From the NCBI GenBank assembly GCA_020536535.1, contig JAHLWZ010000839.1, forward strand, positions 1 through 64,000: 64,000 bases of DNA, given 5' to 3'. This document shows positions 37,866-50,392 of the stretch, one piece after another; the first letter of the stretch is position 1, and every line of letters begins with the position of its first letter. The position numbers and the translations under genes are program-made. The notes under the pieces are model-generated. The model did not search any database and was not told the DNA's origin. It saw nothing but the letters and a program-made list of their open reading frames with translations. The DNA is from Pelomyxa schiedti. Its lineage: Eukaryota > Protista > Evosea.

Positions 37866-37940
37866 ACACCCAGAAAACAAAAAAAACTTGGACATTTGCA
37901 ATCATTGTTTTTCAAGGGAGTACCTTGTAGCACCTGTTTA

Positions 37941-39430
37941 TCAAGACAAATTCTTTGAAATGATCCATCCAACTGCACCACCTATGTCACCTTCTGACCG
38001 CAGGAGAGCAGGAACAATTGTTCTGGGAGGAAAGCCCATGTTATAGAGCTTTGTATGTGAGTTAGTGCAGAGCATTGATGTAGTTATTAGTAGCACCATT
38101 AAGGTGTGGGAGAGGAAAACACCTCTTTTATCTTGTCATCAATTTCCGGTATACTATCCAGCCAAGTGAGAACCTTATCAGCAACTTCCTGAGGGTTCGG
38201 AATCGCTTCACAACGGGGAGGGTATGGCCCCGGTGGTTCAGGCTCCAATGGTGGCTCAGCAACTGGGGTCGCTTCTGTGATAATTGGCCGAGCGCGGACA
38301 ATGAACTCGGAATCGAGGTCAGTGACTGGAACGGAGCCCGTGCAATTTGATGCTATCGATGACACAAGCCAGATAATGCCGGCTTCTGTGCCACTGTTTT
38401 GAAGGCAGCTGCAAGGTTGTATATACCACTTCCGTGCATCGAGCTGGATATGTGACTGTCTGATGAACTGAATGATGGTCCATGTTTTTACACAATTGTC
38501 CATATCCTGCTTGTTGGCGAGAATCAGAACGGGAACTGGAGCAGTCTTGCTGGCTGCTGCTTCCAAGTCCATGTCACGTAGTACCTCCTTCAGCTCTAAA
38601 ATTGAATCTTGCAGACGAGTTCGGTCCGAGGCATCAATAACCCAAATTAGGCCATTTGTACCAGAATAATAGTGCTTCCATAGCTGTCTAATCTTGGTTT
38701 ATATTTCCGTTTGAATAGAATAACTTTGGAAGTGAGGGATACCAGGGGTTGGCCACCAACATCCCAGAGAACAACCTCCCCACCAACGGTGTACATGGTC
38801 TCGACATTGAATCTAAATAAGTGTTATTCAGAGAAAAAGAAAAAAAAAGTGAAAACGTACCCAATTGTTGGTATTGTAGTTATAAATTCATTTAGCTTGA
38901 GAGTGTACAAAATTTGTGTCTTGCCAGCTTGCTCGATACCAAGAATTAGTACCCTCATTGTTCCAGATACTTGTGTCTTGGTTGCCACCGTACTAAAGTC
39001 ATCATATTAGCTTCCTACCTTACCCACATAGCATCAGTCAATTATCCAATTACACATAAAGCACAAGGGCTGGTGTAACATCTTCAAACAAGGAGCTGCT
39101 ATTATTAAACCACAACCATAGAGCAGAATAGAAACATAAGAAAGAACAATAGAAGCAAACAAACCCAAAGCCGCTGTTCTGGGCGGCGCTAAACTGCCTC
39201 CACGCAGGCACCAAGTTGGGCGCGAGGGGCAAATCGACCAAGAAAGAGGATCTGTAGAGGGCCGACCACAGGTCGTCGTCGAGGCACGCGGCCCTGAGCC
39301 TCTTGGACGCCGTGCCGACGCGGACGACGTGGCGGACGCCGTCGGGGCCGCCGGAGCAGAAGACGATGCGCAAGATGCGGTGCAGGATGGCCGTGGGCAG
39401 CTGCTCCAGATTATGGGAGGCACCACTCAT
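37941..39430 (-). CDS. F-box / Arf-family GTPase / UBA three-domain protein
   Basis: N-terminal F-box-like [16 protein letters not shown]...[18 protein letters not shown]; Arf [33 protein letters not shown]|FNVET...WDVGGQ...[27 protein letters not shown]...LANKQD...WYIQPCSC; last exon IKE|[30 protein letters not shown] (UBA MGF motif); TGA 37943-37941. Confidence 0.82.
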
Positions 39431-39630
39431 TGCGGACGAGAAACGACGGTTCGTAGTTTACGTTCGTTGTTATTCGAAATTGATGGATCTTCCGGAACGG
39501 TGGAGAGACTAACAGGCTCAGGAGTAATGGGAGAATGATCGGAATTAGACTGGGTGTTCTCAATTTGGAAAGGGCAGGGCAAGAATGCCAGTACGGAGCG
39601 GAAGTAGAAAGTTACCGAAATTAATCGAGG

Positions 39631-41676
39631 ATGGGAGACAAGGACTACTTTGTTGTCATTGACTTCGAGGCCACATGCGAGGATGGGGTGAAAGTAGTCC
39701 CACAAGTACTTCTCTTCCCTTTGCCCCGTCCCAGCGAAAATGCCCACACATTCCCTGTTTCTATTGCCAGGAGATAATTGAATTCACGTCAGTGCTGATC
39801 AATGCACGTAGTCTTGCAACTGAGGGGGAATTTCACACATTCGTTAGGCCTCAAGTGCACCCTGTTCTGACCCCGTTTTGCCAGCAACTGACTGGAATTA
39901 CCCAACAAAATGTTGACTCTGGTATCCCTATTGATGAGGTTTTTTTTTTTTTTTACACTTTTGGTGGTTGCCTATTGAGAACAACATTTAGGTACTGCAG
40001 AGACACAGAGAATGGATGGAGCAACACCAATTGATACAATCACAAACTGGGGTTCCTGCCAAATTCTCGTGAGTTACCATTGACACAACTCGATTCTTAG
40101 AGCTTCTTGCTTGGGGTGTTTTCCTAACAAGTCTATTCAGATTCAAATTTGTAACTTGTGGGTTTTGGCCTCTGGGAGTGTGCCTGCCTCATCTGTGTAA
40201 AGACTTGAACATTCATCTGCCTCCTTACTTCGCCGAGAGTGTCATGAATGTGAAAGAAGAGTTCACGCGACACTACCACAAGCAGGCGAACGGCGGTATA
40301 CCTGATATGATGGCCGCCCTTGAAATGCAACTTCAGGGTCGCCATCACTGTGGCATTGACGATGCGAGAAATGTGGCGCGGATCCTTGTGAGAATGATCA
40401 ATGATGGTTACCATCACACTCCGGTGTCTGCGCCAACCACTACATCCAGTACCTCCGCTGCAGAGGCACCTACTTCTCGGTACAAATAATCATCCCTGCT
40501 TCAAACACCAACAAGCATATAATGGAATGCCATTCATTTCCCTGATCTTGCCCAGTGCCTGCCTGTTCAATTACCTTGTGGTTGTGGATCTAGAAGCCAC
40601 TTGTGACGAAGGAAATCCTCCGTTGGTCACCCAAGAGACCCAGGAAGTTATTGAGTTTCCTTGGGTTGTTGTGGAAACCACACACTGGACTGTGGTTGAT
40701 GAACAAAGATTTTTTGTAAAACCAACAAGTATGCAACGTTTCTTTTTTGACCCTGGGTTGTTTCCAGTATTTCCCCTGATTCCATTACACAGTGATACCT
40801 ATGGTTACCCCATTCTGCACTCATCTGACAGGAATAACTGAGACCGATTTGGTTGATGCCAAGCCTCTTGCTGCTGTGTTAGAAGCATTCGCACAGTATT
40901 GCTTGACGAATTTCACTGCTAAAAATCTGTCTTACTGTCTCCTTTGCGATGGAAAATGGGACTTGGAAGTCATGCTCCGCGGTGAGTGCTTTAGGAAGGG
41001 GCTAGTGCCAATCGCACCCCACTTCAACAAATACTTTGATCTCAAGACAGAGTTCTCCCTACTCACCGGAAACCCCAAGACGCCCCTCCACAAGATGCTC
41101 TACTTCTTCAAACTTTCACACATAGGAAAACCTCACAGCGGAATTGATGACTGCAAGACCATCGCTTCCGTAGTTTCTGCCATTGCCAATTCCACCCTCG
41201 AAGGCAGGACCAGAACATTCCAGAGCCCAACTGAAATCCCCCCCACATACGATCCCAGAACTGACACTACACTGAAAGACTTCAACCTAACCCGCCCCTC
41301 AACCGGTTCTTTTCATAAACTTCCCACCCAAACCACTACCACATCTTCCTCTGCTTGTGCTTCTACTGCCACAGCTACAGCTACTTCCACTTCTGCCGCT
41401 TCTCCTGCTTCTGCCAGTGGCCCATCTCCATTCCTAGTACTGAGAGGACTCCCATGGGCCGCCACTGAGGACCAAGTTAGGGGCTTCCTCTCAGAATTCG
41501 ACATAGTCCGCATGCAAATACTCATGAACGCGGCTGGTCGCCCCAGTGGATTGTGCCATGTCCAATTGAAAACCCCCGAACAAGCAGTGCAAGCAATTGC
41601 CACACGTCACAGGGCCAACATGGGTCACAGATACATTGAAGTAATGCCCATACCCTCCTGTACCTTCACAAACTAA
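39631..41676 (+). CDS. Tandem ERI1/3'hExo-like DEDDh exonuclease domains plus C-terminal hnRNP F/H-type (q)RRM
   Basis: Domain 1 VVIDFEATC...EIIEF...FHTFVRP...LTPFCQQLTGITQ...GRHHCGIDDARN; a GT-AG intron (about 40480-40555) joins in frame to domain 2 VVVDLEATCD...EVIEFP...CDGKWDL...GKPHSGIDDCKT; RRM LVLRGLPWAATEDQV...GRPSG...MGHRYIEV. Confidence 0.88.
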
Positions 41677-41784
41677 AAGAAAACCCAATTTGCAAACAAA
41701 ATATTCTTTCAGTTTGGGTTTTTTTTTTTTTTACAGTATTGTGGCACAGGGGAAGTTACAGGTCTCACTGGCCACAATTAATCA

Positions 41785-44700
41785 CTATTGTTGTTTTGGT
41801 GCTACTGAGATGGCAGTGAAGTCACTAAACTGGTCATCAACAAGAAGGGTGAACATGGCAGGAAAAGCCACTGTCGAAAGGGAAGTGAACTGGACTTCTT
41901 TGTGTGGTGTTGTGACCAAGGCAGAACCTGCAAAGTACCCGTTTAAAAGTACACATACTGGTGTGTTTATATCTCCAAAGTTTTCTCCATGCAGAATGAA
42001 TGTGTCTCCAACAGCCCTCTCTGTGCGGGAAAGTGAACTGTTTGAAAAAGGAGAAGTGACGCCACTGATACGCTCTATGCTGGTAATAACAGGGGCTTGA
42101 GTATTATTAGAAGCGGGAGTGGAATAAAGGTTGAAAGGTACGTTGATAAGAAAAAGTCTGGCTGGTTACAACTTGACCATTGGCAGTGATTTCGATCAGG
42201 TGACCGGAACCGACTCCTGGCGGCATCGTGACAAGAATCTGTTTTGTGGGGATGCTAACCTATTGTTCCATTTATGGTGTTAAGCCCCCTGTTGCAGTAT
42301 TGGACTACAGACCTTAATATGGAGAGGAGTCCTTCCAGCAATTTGTATCTGAAACGCTCCGAATTCAGAATTCAAGTTGTCTCCATCAATTTGGCAGACA
42401 CCTCCACTCGTGGGAACGCTTGTTACACTTTTTACTACAGGTTTTCCTTTGTGGAGTTACATTTGCAGCGGTATCCAAGTATTTACCAAGGAGATATCCA
42501 TCCCAGCCTGGTATCAGCTGCCACCATGTACCATCTTCAATACTCTCGACAACTTGCCACTGTCGCACCATAATGCCATAGCAGATGACACTACGCAAGT
42601 TCACGGTGGAAAATTTTCTCAAAGGAGTTACCTTTCTCCTAGTACAGTCATGTGATTCTTAGTAGGTGGCTTCACTGTCCATTCTAGTTCGTTATTGTTG
42701 AAGTTTGTATCAATGGTGGCCTAAAAACTTTGATTAAAACTGAAGAATACTGTTAAAAAAACCTGTCGATGTACACCTAGACTTTCAGGCCCAATGGAAT
42801 GTATGTGAGCCGGATTGACACGGCACATCAGTACCATCTGAGACCAGTGACCCTCTTGAATCGGAAACGGCCTCGTTTTCCTGTAGATCAATGTGAATCG
42901 CAGCGAAGGAAATGCCATTAGCAAAGCTGGATCTTCATCCAGCTTGCTCACCTCTTGCTTACATTGGATGTCCTGTGTATACGATACTGGGAGAGAAGTA
43001 AAGGGTTAAACTCTCCTCTTCAAAAATAACGTCATCAGGTTGAAATGCTGTCTTCAAGATTCTGGGAAGATAAGAATTTCATTCACCACTGAAATAAACT
43101 TACAGCACAGATTCAGTAGGAGTAGAACTGAAGTATGCGATTGGCCAAGTACCATATTTTTCATCAAAATTGTTGATCCCAATGGCATAACGCTTCCATC
43201 CTTTGTATGTGATAAATATAATCTACATTAAGTTCCATAAGAACCCCTCAACTTTTTCTACCTATTGGACAAAAGTATGGCCGCATTCCAGTGTACCGTT
43301 TATTAGATTGTGGCCCACTCCAAATCGTGCGCCCCCTTCCTTTGCCGTACTCTCTATTCCATTTGGGATTCATCACTGCCTCAACTGTCTTATTGGAAAA
43401 GTCACCCAGAGTTAGAGCCTTTATGCCGTAGGGTGAATCTCTTTGCTCTATGAAAACAGTTAATGCAAGTTTTCCGTAAATTCCAACGAACGGCATGTTT
43501 TTTGCCCTAGTAGAAAGAGTGCCTTTGGCCCTCCCGATAAAACTCCCTCAACAGCAGTTTCTGCTCCAAGTTCAGTGCACTGGGTACTGTAAGAATTAAG
43601 TAATCTGATGGAAATCTACTGTTAATTGGTTTGGAACGACTCCTATCAACTCACTAATATAAGTACTGAAATCAATTAGGTTTACTGAAGCCCAGCATCG
43701 TGACAATAAGAATTGAAAAGGTTGTGCTAAAAAAGTGACCAATAGAATACACACAAAAAAAGAACCTTCTTGCAATATTTTCATTGAACCCCCAAGAACT
43801 ATTGGGGATTGAGTGAGGAAAGCTTTCCAGTCTTTGGAAACAGGAGCCCGTGTAAGCATTTGCTTCAGGCGGCTAATACACTATTAAACTTGAGAGAGTA
43901 GTTTTTTACGGACTTGTGAGGTTCTGTGTCCTTTATGAATTGTTTGTAGCGATTCTGAGGAGGTCTTAGGTTCATGAATTGCGTAAGGAAGGGTGAGGCT
44001 CGACAAAGCGCTGAGACACTGTGAAAACAAAGAGCAAGAAAAGCGGAAATTACCTTCCATTATGCTTGACAGAAAGAAAGAGTGGACAATTTGACAAGAA
44101 GAGGGTGCCTCTTTCACAGGAAGACACAACCTGCACATGTCAAAGCAGGCACAGACAATGATTTCCTAGCTAAAGTAAGAAAACGCCAGCTTTAGTTGGG
44201 TTCTGTCAATACTTGTATCGATTTCTCTCCAGCATCAATTTGCAGAAGTAGCTCTGAATATAGTTCAAATCTCTTCAATTTTGGCGCTGTTACAAATTCC
44301 AAGTTCTTAAACATCAAGTCTTGGAAATTGGATAACGATTCATCAAGCTGGCATCTGGCATCGACTTGCTTTTCCAACGAAAGTATAACTTGTTAAATAG
44401 GAGCATGCGGAAGTTACAAGGAGTCACCTGTCCTTGGAGTGTTTGCAGCCGTTCAATAGTAGCGCCATGTACTTTTGACGCCGTTATCTCGTGGGTTGTC
44501 TGGGAGCAGTAGGTTCTTAAAGACAGTTCCTTTTTTTCTCTGAGCTGTTCTCTCAGTGTTTCACTGGCCTCTTCGTGAACTTTTTTTATCTCCACAATGG
44601 CAAGACTAACCCGCTTGAGTAGATGAGGAATGATCGACTGAGGGGAGGTGATAGCAGACAACTGTGGCTGAGGTGTCGTGGTGTTTGGTGTAGTGTAGGG

Positions 44701-45371
44701 GAAAATACTGGGAGACATAGCGTTTGGTAGAGATGCGGGCTTGGAAATGGTGATATTATTGGAAAGTGAGAAGATGTAGCTCGTCGACAGAGCCTGTTGT
44801 GCGGGATCACAAGTGTAGGAGGGTCTGAAAGTGGTTGGTGTGGCCTTTGGGGTTGGCACATAGCTGGAGCAAGTAGTTGCTGAGGAGGACGTGGAAAACG
44901 CGGTAAATCGGGGATTAGCCAAACTATTGGATGTTGGACTTGTCGGGGAAGCACTGGGCGGAGTCCCGTCGGAAGCGGAAGAAGACGCGCCACATGACCC
45001 AGAGTGTGTCGTCGGCAGTGACGGTGAACTCGAGAAAGATTGGGCCGTCTTCAGGTCCCGCACAAATTCCGCGGCCCAGGCAAAGTCTACGCGAGAATTT
45101 GCGGCTGTCTGTTTTTTTTTTTGTTGTTGTTGTTGTTTGTTGTGTGTTTGTTCGATATGGCGTGAGGACCCCAGGAGGCGGCAGTGGGCACGTGAAAAGC
45201 GGAACACCCAAAAAGGCGATTACGGGAACCCCACGCTGAGACAATATATCGACACGCACGACAACACACCCTAGTGCGTAGGTCTTGCGCCTCCCTTTGG
45301 TGCTGCACAGACTCCGTCCGGGCAACGTGGTCGCAGTATGCAAGCAGAACTTGGCACAACACCGCGTCCAT
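41785..45371 (-). CDS. Protein with a NEURL4-type ADP-ribosyltransferase-like domain (degenerate) and two C-terminal IPT/TIG domains
   Basis: Spliced PYFCPIG|WKRYAIGINNFDEKYGTWPIAYFSS...LYFSPSIVYTGHP...QMVLMCRVNP...IDTNFNNNELEWTVK...VICYGIMVR; TIG-like VTSVPTSGGVCQIDGDNL...VTMPPGVG and PVITSI...GDTFILHGENFG; TAG 41787-41785. Start approximate. Confidence 0.68.
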
Positions 45372-45593
45372 CTCCACCAACTCGCGTTTTATAAACCGAA
45401 CACCAACGACCCTCGAGGCTTTCTTTTTCCCCTTCACAAACACCAAGTTGGGGTGGTCCCCTTTTCGAAAGATTCCAAGGGTTGCCAGCATGTTAACTTA
45501 TTGTTGATTACTAAGTCAAGCTGTGGCGGTCTCGTTGAAGCCACCAATGTTAGTGCACAGCTCAGATCTCACTTATTACCTGCCAAGAGATAG

Positions 45594-46979
45594 ATGACTA
45601 GCCAGCGGGTGCTAGCGGAGGACGAGAGGGGAAGATTCGCTGTGTTGAGTGGATCTGGGGGCAAGATGCCGTTGTTGGGGCTGGGTACGTGGGTGCCCCC
45701 TGGTGTGTCTATGTCGGATCTGGCCTCGGCTGTGCAACACGCGATCCTGAATTGTGGCTACAGGTTTGTTTTTTTTTTTTTCTTTTCGCAAATTGCAATT
45801 TGTGTGGCCTTCTTATAGTCTCGGATTGCTTGAAATACTGGTTTGTATACTTCCACTGATTTGATGCCGAAGGCACTTGGATTGTGCTTCTGTGTACAAG
45901 AATGAGGATGTTATTGGAGGTGTATTGGAGAATGTGTTTGCAAGTGGCGTGGGGAGGGAGGAGTTGTGGCTTACATCGAAGCTATGGTAGAGTCTCTGTA
46001 TTGCATGACTTGGGCTTCACGTTCACATTAAAATTCCAGGTGTACGGCGATGATGCCTGATGAAGTTCGTCCTGCTTGCGTGGATACCCTAAAAAATCTT
46101 CGGGTGTCTTACTTGGACCTGTATCTCAGTATGACTGGTTTATTCCAAGTGCTTCTTACCGATAAGGCACATAGTACACTGGCCTGCCTGTTTGAGGAAG
46201 GGCCATGCGTGGCCTCCACGTCCTGAAGATTTTTTACATGTTCCAGGAATTGAGGGAACATGGCGTGAAATGGAGAAACTTGTAGAAGACGGCCTCGTCA
46301 AAAACATTGGAGGTACCTTTAACGCTGCATGAATACTGTTCTAACAGTGACACCCGAAGTCTCCAACTTCAGTTCCGTCAAGCTAGAAAACCTGTGGAGG
46401 GTAGCTCGTATTAAACCTGCAGTGAATCAGGTTGAACTTCACCCGCTTCTACAGCAATCAAAGCTACGAGAATATTGCTCTTTCCGGGGAATTCACGTTT
46501 CAGCCTACAGTCCACTTGGGGGAAATGATCAGTGTGTTAATTCCACCTTCGGTGCCTATCTTCTGACTCCTCCCAATATGTCGTATAGTCGAGCAAGACC
46601 TCCTGAAATACCAAATGTGATTACCTTGCCTTCTGTTGTCAGAATCGGTAGAAAATACAACAAGACGGCAGGTACAGGGCGCCCCTTTCAATACAAATTC
46701 TGAACAAAACCAGCACAAATTGTACTGAGGTGGGCTACCCAGCTCGGGGTATCTGTGGTTCCAAAATCTACAAACCATGGGCGGGTCCTAGAAAACAGTC
46801 AACTTTTTGATTTTGAGCTTGACCAGGATGGTAGCACAAAACCACCTCTGCTTACATAGTTACTCTTTTTAGACTTGGCCTCCATATCAGCTGAGGATAG
46901 ACACTTGAGAACAAATGCTTCCAAAATGCATAACCCCTTCACTGGCGCTACTGAAGAGGCCTTTTGGGATCACGAATAG
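45594..46979 (+). CDS. Aldo-keto reductase (AKR1/AKR4-like NADPH-dependent aldehyde reductase)
   Basis: [12 protein letters not shown]|[66 protein letters not shown]; the D-Y-K-H catalytic tetrad is present. Confidence 0.95.
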
Positions 46980-47061
46980 AGACTCTGTATTGGGCAAAAC
47001 AACGAACTCTAAAGCTGAAAAATAGAAAACGTTTGTTTGTGTCTCCACGAAAATCCGTGCA

Positions 47062-50000
47062 TTATGACGAACTTTTTGGTGCTGGAGATGCACTAGCCAT
47101 CAAGGCATTGATCTGTGCAATACGTGCAGTGGTGTCGCTAAGCAGTTGTTTCTTCTTCTCCACAAACTGTGGATCCTTTGTTGTTTCCTCCACCCATTTG
47201 TCATGGCCCTTCTTTTTGGAGTCATACAGCTTCTGTAGCTTTGAGCGGCGGGACTTTGGAAGCAGCACGCCAGCCGCGTCGTGGGTCGGAACGGCTTCTC
47301 CCGGTGGTGGAGCCTTGTACTCCGTGGCCGGGAAGAGCTCGGAGAGCGGCGTTGACCAGGAATCAAGCTGTTCTAGCTCCTTCTCAAGCATAGTCTTCCT
47401 GTGGTTGTGTAAGTGGCAGATGATGTGTAACGGCAGCTCCTAACCTGCTGTTCAATTTTTTCAGTTCTACGGAAAGCTCTTGTGCTTTCCTCTCCCGTAT
47501 CGATCGCATGACCTCCTCAGGGGTCTCAATCTTCCAAGGGAACTTCGCAGCGTCTTCTATTCGGACGCCAAGTTTGGGAAGTACCTGCAGTAATGTTAAT
47601 GTTCAAGTGGGATATGTCTAGTTGCTGACCTCATCCCTCAAAGAGTCTGTCATGTTCAGTAAGCTTTCATCTTTTAAAGCACAGCCCCTCTGGCGAACGT
47701 TCTTGCGGAATTCGGCAAGAACATCCAAAATAGGTGCAATAGCAGCCTCGCCAGATGAAGTAGAGGAGATTTCTCTTTCTTTCTCAAAGAGGTCATTCCC
47801 AAGCCCATTAATACCGAAGACTCGCAGTATGCGAGCAATATAACGGGCAATGGTGTGCACAATCAGGGGACGAGAATTCGTGGGATTGATGTAGTCATTG
47901 GCCTTGTGAACTACGTCAAGCATGTGGCTGATGGCATCCGGTGTGTTGAAATTATTGAGCAAGTCGGCGTGCACTTTGTTTTGCATGTCCACAAAGGCCG
48001 CGTGAAGGGCCCTCTCGGCAACACCTGCAAAAAATAAGTTCATGAAGAAATAGATTGGTACAATAATACCCCACGTTTGCTCTCGTGTTACACCATAACC
48101 ATCTCGGCACATGTTATTGACCGCATGGAAAAACTCCTGAAATTGCTTCTCCTTTTTCTTCACCAACTCCATGGCAGCATCTGAGAAATTCATTGTGGCA
48201 TCCCACTGCTGTGACAGAACCATAAAACGAAGCTGTAGTGACGACTTATTAGTGATGAAACTCACTGTGAAAGAAGACCTGGCGTGGTGTGTATTTAACC
48301 AGTGCCTCTCGAATGGTGATAAAATTCTTAAGTGACTTCGACATTTTAAGGCCGTTGATGTGAAGATGTCCACAGTGGAAGAAATAGTTTACCCATTGCT
48401 TATTCCCAAAGTATGCCTCAGACTGTGCAGTTTATAAGAAAAGAAGACGAGAAACTACTGCAACCTGTGCCAGTTCATTGTCGTGATGTGGGAACTTCAG
48501 GTCCTCACCACCCATATGAACGTCCAATGTAGGTCCTATAAGGTCAGAAGCCATTGCAGAGCACTCAATGTGCCATCCCGGGCGCCCGTGCCCCCAAGGA
48601 GATTCCCACCAGGGTTCTCCCTCCTTTTTCAGAAATTAAGGAAATGGAATGGAAAAGAAAGAGGAAAGCGTGCACCTTTGATTTTTTCCACAGTGCGAAA
48701 TCGTTTTTGTTGTGCTTCTCCGACTTAGCTGCACTCAAAGCACCTTTGCTGCAATTCAAAAAGGAAAACACCTAACCAAAAAAAAATACCATCTCCATCA
48801 TCTGTTTTTTCTTGATCTCCCACAGACCAAGGCTCGAGTCTGGCATAGAAATGGTCGGGGTGTGCAGAAAAAGCAACAGTGTCGAAGTAAATACTCTCGT
48901 TCTCTTCATATGCAAATTTATTGTCGATTATCTTCTGGATGAATTTGATGACCTTGTCAACATACTCTGTGACCCTTGAAATTACATCAGGTTGTATGAT
49001 GCCAAGTTGTGTCATGTCTGAAGATACACAATTATTACAAACTCAGGGATAAAGATTAAAAACCTTCCATAAACTCGGCCTCATACTTTGAAGCATGTTT
49101 CTGGCACAATTCGCGCATATTGGGAACAGAAGCACCCAATGTGGAATCGAGGACCTGCCCTAGTGCATCATATGCTTGCTTTGGAGACAACAAAACTTCA
49201 ATGGGTGGGAGTGGTTCATTCAACTTGTGCATTGTAAGTTCTACATTGGCTGATCAGAAGCATACAGTCTGAAGAGTGGCAATTGCTTCTTTGGCAACAA
49301 CGACATCTTTATCCAAAAGAACAATGGTGGCCTTGCTTTCTTCAACTTTCAAGTTTTTATCAATATTCGCTTGGAGCTCTTTGGATAGCCATTAGACACA
49401 AAGGAAGGAGAAAAGTTGTCTTGTTACTTGTTTTTTTCTGTTCTATCCCTGCAATGTAAAGCTTCCACGAATCTATCATAAGGGTCACTTCAGCAGTTGT
49501 GACTTTCGGATGAGTCTTGGTTTTTTGAGAAAGTTAATGGTGGGAGGTGGGTGTCATGGTGGGGACCTTGATGAACTCGGAAATGAGGTGGTTACGCCTT
49601 GACTTGAGAATAATTTTATCATCAATGTCGGTGACATTCATGACAGCAAAGATAGAATAACCAAAGTAGTCTTCCATGATCCGTCTTATTACATCTATGG
49701 TAATATAGTTCCTGTTTTTGTAGAAGTCGTTTTACATAGTTAACAAACAAAAACCACGAATCTCAAGGTAACAACAAACCTAGCATGTCCCAAGTGAGAT
49801 GAGTCGTACACGGTTGGTCCGCAGCTATACCACGACACGATTCGTCCCTGACTTGCACCAAACGGAACCAAACGGTCACAAGCCAAACTGTTCCTTACCA
49901 TCAGTGTGTTTGAAGGTCCTTTACAAAAAAGAAAAAGTAAACAACTCGTGGGGAAAAAGGAACAAAGAAAGAGGGGGAAGAAAAGGAGAAAGAAAGTGAA

Positions 50001-50150
50001 AAAGAAAATGGAAGAACCAGTAGTTATTGTGGGTTGAATCCACGGTGGCTGGGGCACATTTTTCTTCGACTTCGGTGCAGCCGAAGACGAAGCAGGTGCT
50101 GTTGTCGTAATAGCGGTCGTCTCGCTTGTCGCGTTTCCGGTGCTACTCAT
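47062..50150 (-). CDS. CARS1: Cytoplasmic cysteinyl-tRNA synthetase
   Basis: [93 protein letters not shown]. Confidence 0.97.
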
Positions 50151-50392
50151 CGCCGTGATGTGTGTTGTTACGATTATTTATTTAAATTGTTTTGTACCTT
50201 TCCGGGTAAAGTGTTCTGATCAGAGATCGTTGCAAAAAATCTAATTCGCGATACTGATACCAAATGAGACACCAACCCTAGGGCCAGTGGGTTGTTTGTG
50301 AGTGTTAAATGCACCAGTGATTTGCTCAGAGAAATAGATAGGGTTTGGTTTATATCTTGTTTTACCCCCAAGTTTGGGTTGATAGTATTTAT

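Noticed and set aside
41676-41787. Near-overlap of convergent stop codons via an extra exonuclease exon ending at 41781
   Set aside because: The unspliced reading RYIEVMP...* already completes the qRRM motif, so the extra exon is unnecessary.
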